This document shows positions 38,588 to 48,336 of a stretch of DNA of 64,000 nucleotides, one piece after another. Positions within the stretch are counted from its first letter, which is position 1, and the number at the start of each line of letters is the position of its first letter. The position numbers and the translations under genes were made by a program. This DNA is from Thermodesulfovibrionales bacterium (GTDB lineage Bacteria > Nitrospirota > Thermodesulfovibrionia > Thermodesulfovibrionales > CALJEL01): NCBI GenBank assembly GCA_026417875.1, contig JAOACK010000003.1, positions 11,923-75,922 of the forward strand, written 5' to 3'. Below the pieces are notes generated by a model that was given only the letters and a program-made list of their open reading frames with translations, was not told the DNA's origin and did not search any database.

Positions 38588-39451
38588 ATGTCAGCAAGGG
38601 AAGATCAGAAACCGGACACCTTTTACTCTGGTACTTTCTGGCGACTTATTGATTCAGGGCCACAGGAACCAGATTTCAACATGGCCCTAGACATCGCCAT
38701 AACAGAATCTGTATTAAGAGGAGAATTTCCTCCAACTTTGAGGTTTTATTCCTGGATAAGACCATCTGTAAGTCTTGGATACTTCCAGATAATTAAGGAT
38801 TTATCTGTTGAAAATTGTCAATCCCTCCATATTCCGATTGTTAGAAGACCAACAGGTGGAAGGGCAATCCTCCATGGAAGAGAGTTAACCTACAGTTTTG
38901 TCTCTCCTTACCACAGTCTTTTTAAAGCAAATCTTTACGAAACCTATAGACTTATTTCTCTCTGTTTTACCGATGCCTTAATCAGGCTCGGTCTGCCTGC
39001 AAGGATCGAGGATAGAAAAAGGGTGAGATACGGACACAATCCACTCTGTTTTCTTTCTACAAACTTTGGAGAGGTTATGCTTGAAAATCATAAGATAATG
39101 GGAAGTGCCCAGAGGAGATTCAGAAAGGGTTTTCTACAGCAGGGAAGCATGCCCTATTACATAGAGAGGCATTTATTAAAAAAAATATTTAACAACACTT
39201 ATCAGCTCTCCTTTCTTGACAGACTCTCAGGACTCTTTGAGCTCCTGGAGAAAGAGGGTAAAGAAACTCCGGATGAAGCTGCGCTTAAAGAAGAGATAAT
39301 AAGGGCCTTTGAAAGTAGGTTTAACATAAGGTTTAAGATACAGACTCCATCAACAACCGAATTAAAAAGAGCAGAAGAATTAAAAAGATTCCTTGAGGTA
39401 AACAAAGGCACAGGATATAACAGAGAGATTAATATAAATCTGAACTATTGA
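38588..39451 (+). CDS. Lipoate/octanoate-protein ligase family protein (BPL_LplA_LipB domain)
   Basis: VRRPTGGRAILHG and KIMGSAQRR motifs. Confidence 0.75.
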   Translation: MSAREDQKPDTFYSGTFWRLIDSGPQEPDFNMALDIAITESVLRGEFPPTLRFYSWIRPSVSLGYFQIIKDLSVENCQSLHIPIVRRPTGGRAILHGRELTYSFVSPYHSLFKANLYETYRLISLCFTDALIRLGLPARIEDRKRVRYGHNPLCFLSTNFGEVMLENHKIMGSAQRRFRKGFLQQGSMPYYIERHLLKKIFNNTYQLSFLDRLSGLFELLEKEGKETPDEAALKEEIIRAFESRFNIRFKIQTPSTTELKRAEELKRFLEVNKGTGYNREININLNY

Positions 39452-40264
39452 CAGCAGAAGCTGGTAAAGAACAAATCCGCCAGGCCCTTTAAATGATGTA
39501 CCTATAATCCCGAAAATCATAGTAAGAATTATTGCTGCAATGCTCAGTATACTGTAGAAGACAAGGCTTTCAGGTTTTCTTATTATAAACTTAAGAGCAC
39601 CTTTTAAAGCTTCAAATACTCCTTTTACTGAAGAAGTAATTGATTCATTCAACAAAAGAATACCAGCAGCATATGTGAAGATAGCCATAAAAAGGATCAC
39701 CATTCCCAGAGAAAGAAGTATCGAAAGAAGATAGAAAAAATTGGTGAAAAATTCTTTAATAAAATCTTCACTAACCGGTGCTGCTGACTTTGTGAGTCCG
39801 CTTATGATACCGGCAACAAAAGACAGCACCATTAGTGTAATTAGACCGGTTATTGATAACAGGAGAAATTTTTTAAAAAATCTCTTTCCGTAACTATGAA
39901 AAAGAACCCAGGAGTAAACTTCTTTTTTTGCAATATATGACATAAGAACACCCGAGGTGCCAGCTAATGTATATATAAATATAACAGAAGCAATAACAAG
40001 GTATATTAAAAGACTGAGCATTATGGTTATGATAAGGGTAAGATAGTCCCGCAACCCAACCTTAAGTATATTTTTTAAAATATCTTTAAACCCTTCTTCC
40101 GGAAGATCAAGACCGGATTTTGCAAAGACTATTATTACCGGTGTTCCAACAACAAGGAGAAAAAGAAGAAAGGCGATTACCAGAATTCCGGTCTGAATGA
40201 AAAGGAGCTTATAATTTGTGTTAACTGTTGTTATGCCCCTTTTAATTGCTTCCCTGTAATTCAC
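39380..40264 (-). CDS. Polytopic membrane protein of unknown function
   Basis: 294 aa with about 6-7 hydrophobic helices and no recognisable motif. Its 3' end overlaps the lplA-like gene by 72 bp. Confidence 0.6.
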   Translation of the reverse strand: MNYREAIKRGITTVNTNYKLLFIQTGILVIAFLLFLLVVGTPVIIVFAKSGLDLPEEGFKDILKNILKVGLRDYLTLIITIMLSLLIYLVIASVIFIYTLAGTSGVLMSYIAKKEVYSWVLFHSYGKRFFKKFLLLSITGLITLMVLSFVAGIISGLTKSAAPVSEDFIKEFFTNFFYLLSILLSLGMVILFMAIFTYAAGILLLNESITSSVKGVFEALKGALKFIIRKPESLVFYSILSIAAIILTMIFGIIGTSFKGPGGFVLYQLLLSIVQIYINLSVISCAFVYLKESF

Positions 40265-40302
40265 TTTTAGAGTCTATTACCTCCTTTTAAAAAGTAATTT
40301 TT

Positions 40303-41382
40303 TCAGGAATAACATTTTATTATATTATAAAAACTGTCCCTTTCAGCAGGAATCCTTCCTGCCTTTTTTATTAGCTCTACTATCTCCTCAACTGTAAGTG
40401 ACTGAGGTGTAATAGCACCTGCCTCATGGGAAATCTTCTCTTCCATAACAGTTCCCTCAAAGTCATCAGCTCCCCAGAGAAGGGATATCTGGGCAAGTCT
40501 CTCACCAAGCATGACCCAGTAGGCCTTAATATGGTCAAAATTGTCAAGAACAAGCCTGCTTATAGCAATGATTTTTAAGTGATCGATGGCTGAAAGAGGC
40601 CTTTCATGCTGAATATAAGGTAGAGGGATAAAGGCCTGAAATCCACCTGTTCTGTCCTGAAGGTCTCTGAGCCTAAGGAGATGGTCTATCCTGTGTTCAG
40701 GAGTTTCCCCGTGTCCGTAAAGCATGGTTGCATTTGACCTGATTCCCATTCTGTGGGCAATCTCCATTATCTCCAGCCATCTCTGAGCTGATATCTTCTC
40801 AGGGCAGAGAAGATTCCTCACACCTTCATCAAATATTTCTGCTCCTCCTCCTGGCATGATGTCAAGGCCGTTCAATCTCAGAACCTCGAGAACCTTTTCT
40901 ATAGAAAGTCCGGAAATCTTTGAAAAATGGTCTATTTCTGTTGCTGTGTAAGCCTTTATTTGGAGAAAAGGGAAGGTATTTTTTATCGAAGAGATTATAT
41001 TTATATAACGCTCAAATTTCCATTCAGGATGGAGCCCTCCGACTATATGGACCTCTCTGAGACCCGGATCCTTGGAAAGATAGAAACTGATCTTTTCAAT
41101 TATATCTTCAACAGTGAACTCAAAGGCACCTGGCTCACCTCTTGAACGGCTGAAGGCACAGAATCTGCATCTATTTATGCAGAGGTTTGTTGGATTTATG
41201 TGTATATTTCTTATAAAAAAGGCATGATTTCTGTTTTTCAATAAAGCCATCCTGCAGGCAAGTTCACCAAGCACAAAAATATCAACTTCAGTATAAAGGC
41301 TGAGGGCCTCATCTTTTGAAAGCCTTTTTTTCAGAATCTCTTCTTCTGCTTTATCTTTTTTCATTTCTGCAAACGAAAACAT
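40303..41382 (-). CDS. Radical SAM menaquinone (futalosine pathway) enzyme, MqnE/MqnC family
   Basis: INPTNLCINRCRFCAFSR (CxxxCxxC), HIVGGLHPE and the CofH/MqnE-like C-terminal region. MqnE versus MqnC is not resolvable by eye. Confidence 0.7.
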   Translation of the reverse strand: MFSFAEMKKDKAEEEILKKRLSKDEALSLYTEVDIFVLGELACRMALLKNRNHAFFIRNIHINPTNLCINRCRFCAFSRSRGEPGAFEFTVEDIIEKISFYLSKDPGLREVHIVGGLHPEWKFERYINIISSIKNTFPFLQIKAYTATEIDHFSKISGLSIEKVLEVLRLNGLDIMPGGGAEIFDEGVRNLLCPEKISAQRWLEIMEIAHRMGIRSNATMLYGHGETPEHRIDHLLRLRDLQDRTGGFQAFIPLPYIQHERPLSAIDHLKIIAISRLVLDNFDHIKAYWVMLGERLAQISLLWGADDFEGTVMEEKISHEAGAITPQSLTVEEIVELIKKAGRIPAERDSFYNIIKCYS

Positions 41383-41528
41383 ACTGAATTATACCATAGG
41401 TGAAGTGTCAGCTCCTCTCATTATACTTTATTTCAAGTATATGTAGCAGAGGTCTGCACATTTCTATCAAAAAAATTCAGTTAAGACCAGTTTTGACTTT
41501 ACCTTTTTTTTTATGTAGAATTTAAAGT

Positions 41529-41996
41529 ATGATGAGCATATACAGATGGTTAATTCTCTCAGCTTTTTGTTTAACTTTGGCATTATTATATACTTCTACA
41601 GGCTTATCATTCTGTTATAAAGAGGCTGGAGCTCACTATAATATAGCTCCAGAACTTCTTAGAGCAATAGCCTTATCAGAAACAGGAGAAGATCCATCTA
41701 AAATAGCTTACAACAGTAATGGCTCTATTGATTTTGGACTCATGCAGATAAACTCTTCCTGGATAGATGTGATGGAACTTGATAAAAATGCACTAATTCA
41801 TGATCCCTGTTACAATGTAATGGTAGGAGCAGCAATCTTAAAATACTGTATTGACAGGTATGGTTATAACTGGGAAGCCATTGGTTGTTATAATGCAAAT
41901 AGCAGGCCAAAGAGAATCTCTTATTCTTGGAAGATTTACAGAACACTCCTTAAGCTCAAAAAAGACCTCAATACATCAAAGGGAGATAGTAATTAA
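41529..41996 (+). CDS. Lytic transglycosylase (SLT domain, IagB/VirB1-like)
   Basis: Signal sequence, catalytic AIALSETG and GLMQINSSW motifs. Confidence 0.8.
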   Translation: MMSIYRWLILSAFCLTLALLYTSTGLSFCYKEAGAHYNIAPELLRAIALSETGEDPSKIAYNSNGSIDFGLMQINSSWIDVMELDKNALIHDPCYNVMVGAAILKYCIDRYGYNWEAIGCYNANSRPKRISYSWKIYRTLLKLKKDLNTSKGDSN

Positions 41997-43021
41997 TGAG
42001 TCTGCTTGAAGAGCTCCTAAGAAAGGCAGAAAAAAGACCTGAAAGTTCTGATATCCCTCCACAGCTTGAAGGCCTTTTGGCAAGGAAAAATAAGAGGAAA
42101 AAGACTATTTCCCTGATCATCTTTTTTAGCTTATTTCCGGGAGTTGTCCTTGTTGTCCTTCTTTTTATTGTTAATCAGCCAGGATTATCTTTGTTCCCCG
42201 AGAAGACAGAACCAGAAAGGACTTTGTTAGAGGTTAAAAATCAAAGGCTTGAAATAAAAAAACAAGGTCCAGATAGCCCTGAGTCACTTGCCGGATCAAT
42301 CGCTACCGACAGCCCACAACAGTATGTAATAAACCAAGGTAGTCAGAATTCACACAATGCTCTATCAGAGCTTAACCCTCATGTTATGAGTAAGCCTGTA
42401 GACACGGAAAAAGGTAAAGGAGAATCATTAGCAAAAGAAAAATCTAAATTTAAATCAAACGAAAAAAAGAGTGAGCTCCATTCCATAACTTCAAAAGGAC
42501 TGATAGCCTCAGCTCAGGAGCCCGAGGCATCTGACAGGAGAGAGCTTCTTTACAGGGCGAACTCCCTTGAACAAAGAGGTGAATATGAAAAGGCCATAGA
42601 ATATTACGAGCAGATTCTAAAAACAGATCCCTCCGATCACAGGATACTGAATCAGATAGCCTATCTTTATATAAAGCTCAGACTACCTGACAGTGCAATT
42701 CATTATGCTCAAAGGATAAGAGAGCTCAGACCCGGTTATGTTCCAGGAATGATAAACCACTCGGTGGCCCTGATCATGAAAGGAGAATATAAAGAGGCTG
42801 AAAAAGTGCTTGTCGAGATCATCTCTATTGAGCCGTACAATAAAACAGCCCTTTATAATCTTGCCCTTATTCTTGAAAAGGAAGAAAGGCTTGGGGAAGC
42901 AGAGGAGTTTTATAAAAGACTTTCCTCGGCGGGCGATATCAGAGGTAATGAAGGCCTTAAAAGATTAGAGCTAAAGAAATCTCTGGTAGATAAGGGCAAG
43001 GATGAGAAGGATAAGGATTGA
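41996..43021 (+). CDS. TPR-repeat protein with N-terminal membrane anchor (MshN-like position)
   Basis: TM segment ISLIIFFSLFPGVVLVVLLFIV and C-terminal TPR repeats (YEKAIEYYEQILKTDP...). TAATG coupling to the SLT gene. Confidence 0.7.
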   Translation: MSLLEELLRKAEKRPESSDIPPQLEGLLARKNKRKKTISLIIFFSLFPGVVLVVLLFIVNQPGLSLFPEKTEPERTLLEVKNQRLEIKKQGPDSPESLAGSIATDSPQQYVINQGSQNSHNALSELNPHVMSKPVDTEKGKGESLAKEKSKFKSNEKKSELHSITSKGLIASAQEPEASDRRELLYRANSLEQRGEYEKAIEYYEQILKTDPSDHRILNQIAYLYIKLRLPDSAIHYAQRIRELRPGYVPGMINHSVALIMKGEYKEAEKVLVEIISIEPYNKTALYNLALILEKEERLGEAEEFYKRLSSAGDIRGNEGLKRLELKKSLVDKGKDEKDKD

Positions 43022-43858
43022 AAGAAGAATTCCGAGCCTAAGTTTTTTGATCCCTTCAATATTAAGGCTTTCAACAGCTGTTTCAACATGGGTGCTCCGT
43101 ATCACCCTATCACCCTTAAGCCAGGCACTCATTATTGAGCGTGATGCAATAAGATTTATAAGTCTAGGAGTTCCCTTTGAATACCTATGAATGCTTCTAA
43201 TGGCTGAATCTCTAAATTCTATACTTCCTTTACCTGCCTTTGTGAGCCTCCAGTTTATATACTGTCTGGTATCTTCAAGGCTCAGAGGCTTGAGCTCAAG
43301 TTTTACAGATACTCTCTGATTGAGCTGTCTTAGTTTATGACTTCTGAGTTTTTCCTCCAATTCAGGCTGGCCTATAAGTATTATCTGCAGCAGCTTTTCA
43401 GTGTTCGTCTCTATATTGGAAAGCAGTCTCAGCTCTTCAAGACTGTCATCAGGAAGGTCCTGTGCTTCATCGATAAATATGAGCACCGGTCTTTGAGCAG
43501 CGGTCTTCTCAAGGAGATAATCTCTCAGTTTTTTTATTGCATCATGTTTGGTCTCTCCTGGGCATTTAACACCCAGGTCTTCAAGTATTGCGATGAAGAG
43601 TTCATGGCTGTTTAACTGGGGAGTCAATATAAGGGCAATCTCTGCCTTATCTCGCCAGTCTTCAATAAATTTTCTTATAAGTGTGGTCTTGCCGGTTCCG
43701 GGCTCACCGGTAATCACACAGAAGCCTTCTTTCTGCTTTGCAATGTATTCCATACTACCAAGACCTGTTCTGTGGATTTCAGAAGGATAGAAGAACTCCG
43801 GGTCTGGAGTAAGTTTGAAGGGATCTTCCTTCAATCCAAAAAAATCAAGATAGGCCAT
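42971..43858 (-). CDS. ExeA/GspA/MshM-type AAA ATPase
   Basis: FFGLKEDPFKLTPDPEFFY, Walker A GEPGTGKTT, Walker B LIFIDEAQ and a C-terminal TM helix. Confidence 0.85.
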   Translation of the reverse strand: MAYLDFFGLKEDPFKLTPDPEFFYPSEIHRTGLGSMEYIAKQKEGFCVITGEPGTGKTTLIRKFIEDWRDKAEIALILTPQLNSHELFIAILEDLGVKCPGETKHDAIKKLRDYLLEKTAAQRPVLIFIDEAQDLPDDSLEELRLLSNIETNTEKLLQIILIGQPELEEKLRSHKLRQLNQRVSVKLELKPLSLEDTRQYINWRLTKAGKGSIEFRDSAIRSIHRYSKGTPRLINLIASRSIMSAWLKGDRVIRSTHVETAVESLNIEGIKKLRLGILLSILILLILALIYQRFL

Positions 43859-43859
43859 T

Positions 43860-45086
43860 TTACATCTTCCCCAGGGTAGAGATTATCTCGTATATTGGTC
43901 CTATAAGACCTACGACTATGAAGGCGAACATTATACCTATAATTCCGATAACCACCGGTTCTATTAGCTTGCCCAGTCTCTGAGAAATATCATCAAGTTT
44001 CTGGAGATAAAAATCGGAAAGGAATTTTAATTGTTCATCCATATTTCCTGTTGTTTCACCAACCCTCAGCATCCTTCCAATAAGAGGTGGGAAGATATCT
44101 TCCCTTGCAATTCCATCAGCGATACTCCCACCCGCAATAACCTGTTCCTTTATCCTCGTTATTGCCCTTCTGAAGGGTACACTGTCCATTACCTGAAGTA
44201 GCATATCAAAGGTCCTGTCAATGGTGATGCCGGCTACAGTGAGTATCCTGAACTGTTCCGAAAAGAGTGCCAGCAGTTTATTATGAACAATCAATTTTAT
44301 GATGGGCAACCGAAGAACCATTCTATCTATCATGTACTTTGTATCTTCTCTAAAACTGAGAAGCCTTAATAGAAAATAGATTCCGAGAAATCCCAGGGGC
44401 AGGATAAACCAGAACTCCCTAGAGAATTCACTTACCTTCATGAGAATCCTTGTTGTAACTGGAAGGTCAATCCTCAGGTCTTTAAAGACCTGCATTATCT
44501 TTGGAAGGACATAGACAAGCCAGAAGAACATAGCACCAAGTGTTGCCATCAGTGCAAAAAAAGGATATATCATTGCTCTCTTTATAGCCTGATTGAGGTC
44601 TTCTATCCTTTTAAGATGTTCTGATATTTCTCTCAGACTCAGATCCAGCCTTCCGGTCTCTTCTCCCACCTTAATAAGATTCAGGAAAACGGACGGGAAA
44701 ATGGCCCTGTGCTGTTCAAGGGCGTCAGAGAAGGTTGAACCAAGCTCTATATTGGAAGTTATAGCCCTCAGTTTCTCTCTGAAAAAAGGATCCTTTTCTG
44801 ATTCTGTAAGTTCCCTTAATGCTTCTGTTATGGGTATGCCAGCCCGCAGCATTATGGAAAGATTGTTTGAAAATTCAATCAGAGTGCTTCTCTTAATTTT
44901 TCTAAGAAGGAATCCCTTAAGGACATTTTCCCTGGCAGAAATCCTTTTTATCCTTAGGACATACAGTCCTGCTGCCTGAAGGCTGTCGAGGGCTGACCTT
45001 TCATCCACATGCTCAATTGACGATCTTATTTTCCTTCCATCCCTGTCTATTGCTATATACTGAAATTCAGCCATCTCATCCAGCAA
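43860..45086 (-). CDS. Type II secretion / type IV pilus platform protein (GspF/PilC/MshG family)
   Basis: 408 aa with two T2SSF repeats and three TM segments. Confidence 0.88.
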   Translation of the reverse strand: MLDEMAEFQYIAIDRDGRKIRSSIEHVDERSALDSLQAAGLYVLRIKRISARENVLKGFLLRKIKRSTLIEFSNNLSIMLRAGIPITEALRELTESEKDPFFREKLRAITSNIELGSTFSDALEQHRAIFPSVFLNLIKVGEETGRLDLSLREISEHLKRIEDLNQAIKRAMIYPFFALMATLGAMFFWLVYVLPKIMQVFKDLRIDLPVTTRILMKVSEFSREFWFILPLGFLGIYFLLRLLSFREDTKYMIDRMVLRLPIIKLIVHNKLLALFSEQFRILTVAGITIDRTFDMLLQVMDSVPFRRAITRIKEQVIAGGSIADGIAREDIFPPLIGRMLRVGETTGNMDEQLKFLSDFYLQKLDDISQRLGKLIEPVVIGIIGIMFAFIVVGLIGPIYEIISTLGKM

Positions 45087-46773
45087 CCCTTGTAAGTTCT
45101 TCTAATGAAGTAAGACCCCTCAGAACCTTTCTTATACCATCATCCCTCATAAAAGTAGTACCTTTTTTACGGGCCGCATCTTTCATAGAAGTAACAGGCA
45201 TTCCGCTGGCAATCATCTCTCTCAGTTCATCATCAAAAATAATAACCTCTCCAATAGCTGTTCTGCCAGTGTAACCAGTGTGATGACAGAATTCGCAGCC
45301 AGCGGGAGCGAAGAGCTTTCTTGTTTCTTTAATCTCTTCTTTTAATAAAGGGTCGGTGGTCTGGCCGATAAGTACTGAGAGCATATCTGGAGTTAGAGGC
45401 TTTTCAACCTTACACTTAGGGCAGAGGAGTCTAACAAGCCTCTGGGCTATCACACCGAGTATCGAGGAGCTTAGCAGAAATCTATCAATGCCAAGATCAA
45501 TGAGCCTGGGCACAGCTGTTACAGCATCATTTGTGTGGAGTGTACTCAGGACAAGATGTCCTGTAATTGAGGCCCTTATGGCTATCTTTGCGGTTTCTTC
45601 ATCCCTTATTTCACCGAGAAATATTACATCAGGGTCCTGCCTCATGAAATTCCTTCCCGCCATGATGAAGTCAAGTCCTATTTTTTCATTCACCTGAACC
45701 TGTCGTACAAAACTCATTCTATATTCAACTGGGTCTTCAATGCTGAGGACGTTCCTCTCAAGAAGATTGATCTCTCTCATAGCAGCATATATGGTGGTGG
45801 TCTTACCACTTCCTGTTGGACCTGCAACTATGATCATACCATGGGGTTTGGAGAAAAGGATTTTAAGTTTCTTTATGTCTTCGGTCTGAAATCCAAGATT
45901 TCCAAGCCTCAAAAGCGCTCCACTGAAACCTAGAACCCTTATTACAACATTCTCTCCGTAAATGGTTGGCACAATAGAAACCCTCATCTCATAGTTTTTG
46001 TCAAGGAATGAAAACACGAAGGCTCCGTCCTGTGGCAGTCTCTGTTCTGTGATGTCAAGTCTTGAAAGAACCTTTATTCTTGATATCATGGGGATCTGGG
46101 CTATCTTAGGTATGCAGAAACCGTGCTGGAGAATCCCATCTATTCTGTAGAAGACGTCCACAGAATCATAGGAACTTGATATGTGTATATCTGTGGCCTT
46201 TCTTCTCATGCCTTCTGTTAAAATAAGTTCAACGAGGCTTGAAACCTGCTGGGGAGATGCTGTTTCCTGATTTTTTAGTTCTGATATTATCTTCTCTAGT
46301 TTCTCTTTTATAGGATTCTCCATAAAATAATAGGCTCTTTCAAGAACATCATTGAAAGATTCAGAGTCAACAACAGCCACATGAGGTGGTGAACCAGTAA
46401 GCCTTGTTACAGCATCTATTGCAGCAACATTACCAGGATTAGTTATTCCGATAAGTAGCCTTCCGTTTCTGAATTCAATAGGAATAAAACTGAATCTCTG
46501 AGCCATTGATTGTGGAATCTTCTGGAGAACCTCGGCTGAGATGGGATAATTAATTACGTCAATGAATTCAAGGCCTGCTTGCTCAGCAAGTGTCTGGGCT
46601 ATATCCATGGCTGAAACAAAACCCAGTCTTACAAGTATATCGCCAAGAAGCTGGCCGGTCACCTGCTGGTGTCTAAGTGCAACCTGAAGCCTTGCTTCAT
46701 TGAGAAGACCTTTTTCTTTTAAAAGCTCACCGAGGAGTTTTTTCATCTCTGGGGTAGGTCTCGGTCGCTGCAA
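45076..46773 (-). CDS. GspE/PilB/MshE-family secretion ATPase
   Basis: Walker A GPTGSGKTT, Asp/His boxes, tetracysteine CPKC...CEFC and N-terminal T2SSE_N/MshEN-like repeats. The start may instead be the ATG at 46746. Confidence 0.92.
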   Translation of the reverse strand: MQRPRPTPEMKKLLGELLKEKGLLNEARLQVALRHQQVTGQLLGDILVRLGFVSAMDIAQTLAEQAGLEFIDVINYPISAEVLQKIPQSMAQRFSFIPIEFRNGRLLIGITNPGNVAAIDAVTRLTGSPPHVAVVDSESFNDVLERAYYFMENPIKEKLEKIISELKNQETASPQQVSSLVELILTEGMRRKATDIHISSSYDSVDVFYRIDGILQHGFCIPKIAQIPMISRIKVLSRLDITEQRLPQDGAFVFSFLDKNYEMRVSIVPTIYGENVVIRVLGFSGALLRLGNLGFQTEDIKKLKILFSKPHGMIIVAGPTGSGKTTTIYAAMREINLLERNVLSIEDPVEYRMSFVRQVQVNEKIGLDFIMAGRNFMRQDPDVIFLGEIRDEETAKIAIRASITGHLVLSTLHTNDAVTAVPRLIDLGIDRFLLSSSILGVIAQRLVRLLCPKCKVEKPLTPDMLSVLIGQTTDPLLKEEIKETRKLFAPAGCEFCHHTGYTGRTAIGEVIIFDDELREMIASGMPVTSMKDAARKKGTTFMRDDGIRKVLRGLTSLEELTRVAG

Positions 46774-48241
46774 CAGGTCTCAGCATTATTACAAGCTCTT
46801 TCCTGTCTTTAATCTTTTCATGGCTCTTAAATAGTGTTCCTATGAGGGGAAGGCTGCCGAGAAGAGGAACCCTGTTTTCCCTCACAGAATCCTTATCCTG
46901 TATAAGGCCACCTATAATGATGGTTTCACCATTTTTTACCTTTATTATAGTGCTCATCTCTCTAAGATCAACCGTTGGAAGGGATATCTGTACAATATTC
47001 TGACCTGGCTGGCCTATAGTTCTTTCCTCCATAGATACAAGGTCTGAGATTATGGGGGTTATGGTCATGGAAATCTCACCTCTGTCATCAACAAAGGGGA
47101 TAACACCGAGCATTATTCCAGAAAGCAGGCTTGATGTCGTCACTGTAAAGGTTATGGTTGGAGCAGTACCTGTTGTAGTGGTTGTTGTCTCCACCCTTGA
47201 TATGAAAGAAAAATTTCTTCCCACACTCAAAAGAGCAGTCTGTCCATTCATTATATTTATTTTTGGATTTGAAAGGACGTTTACCCTTCCCTGAGTCTCA
47301 AGTGCTCTGAGTATGGAGTTAAAATTAGCTCCTGTAATGCCTATACTGAATCTGGGTATATCAACTACATCTTTAAATCCTGTGGTGCCCACAGAGATAT
47401 CACCAACACCGCGCCAGTTGTCAAGAAAGGTCCAGTCAATACCATATCTAAGGGTATCGTTAAGCTGCACCTCTGCTATTCTTGCCTCGATCATTACCTG
47501 TCTTGAAAGTGACTCCTTTAATCTATTCAAGAATCTTTCCACCTGGCCAAGATCCCTCTTTCCTGCTGTTACAAAGACAGTGCCCGTGACCTTATTGAGT
47601 GTGAATGACGGCTTAAGTGGTGCTACAGACATATCAAGTATCTTTTTAATGGATTCTTCAATGCTCTTCCAGAAATCATAGGCACCTCTGTCAGATGCTA
47701 TTTTCTGAGATATTTCACCACGTATATTTCCAGTAGTAAGACCTTCTGCTGTCTGAATTCCTCCAAGAATATCTCCTCCAAGGTTCACATCAATGCTCTG
47801 TGATAAAGGCGGCAGGGGAAGCTCAAAGACCTTTGTCCTCTGGGGAATAATCCTGAGAATATTGTTTTTTATTTCCCAGAAATAATCGAGACCGTCAAAA
47901 ACGGCCTCAAGGGCCTCATAGAGTGTGACACCTTTCAGAGTTATTGTTAGCGGAGTTTCCGAATTCACTCCATTTTCAATTACAAGATTTAGTCCTCCTG
48001 CATCTGCAATAATATGAAGAACATCTCTGAGTGGTGAGTTCCTTAATTTTAAGTCTATCTTTATTTCTTTAAGGGGTGAAAGTTCTTCATTTACTGGAAG
48101 TGGTTCAGGAGGAAGTTCCTTAACAGGCCTTGATTCATGCTCAACCGCAGGTGGTTCAATGGTCTCCAATGAGCTTTTAATTTCTTTATGGGCACAGGAT
48201 AGAAAACAACAGACAAGAATGAATATTAATAGTTTTTTCAA
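46727..48241 (-). CDS. Secretin (MshL/PilQ/GspD family), predicted lipoprotein
   Basis: Secretin C-domain with VPLLGSLPLIGTLF. I chose the TTG at 48241, which has SD GGAGG 7 nt upstream and gives MKKLLIFILVCCFLSC (a lipobox). The ORF-track start at 48349 lies upstream of the putative promoter. Confidence 0.88.
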   Translation of the reverse strand: MKKLLIFILVCCFLSCAHKEIKSSLETIEPPAVEHESRPVKELPPEPLPVNEELSPLKEIKIDLKLRNSPLRDVLHIIADAGGLNLVIENGVNSETPLTITLKGVTLYEALEAVFDGLDYFWEIKNNILRIIPQRTKVFELPLPPLSQSIDVNLGGDILGGIQTAEGLTTGNIRGEISQKIASDRGAYDFWKSIEESIKKILDMSVAPLKPSFTLNKVTGTVFVTAGKRDLGQVERFLNRLKESLSRQVMIEARIAEVQLNDTLRYGIDWTFLDNWRGVGDISVGTTGFKDVVDIPRFSIGITGANFNSILRALETQGRVNVLSNPKINIMNGQTALLSVGRNFSFISRVETTTTTTGTAPTITFTVTTSSLLSGIMLGVIPFVDDRGEISMTITPIISDLVSMEERTIGQPGQNIVQISLPTVDLREMSTIIKVKNGETIIIGGLIQDKDSVRENRVPLLGSLPLIGTLFKSHEKIKDRKELVIMLRPVAATETYPRDEKTPR

Positions 48242-48268
48242 TAAATAACCTCCTCTCTTTAAAACACT

Positions 48269-48336
48269 CTCCGGGCAGAAGCTAACTCGCTTCCCGGAGC
48301 TATAAATAAAATATAATAACCTGTAGTCTTTGTCAA
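48269..48336 (-). promoter_or_regulatory. Candidate sigma70 promoter (TTGACA -35) plus 5'-leader hairpin for the secretin operon
   Basis: On the minus strand: TTGACA (48336-48331), 17 nt spacer, TATTTT (48313-48308). An imperfect ~11-bp hairpin follows: CTCCGGG..GAAGC/GCTTC..CCCGGAG at 48269-48299. Confidence 0.3.
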
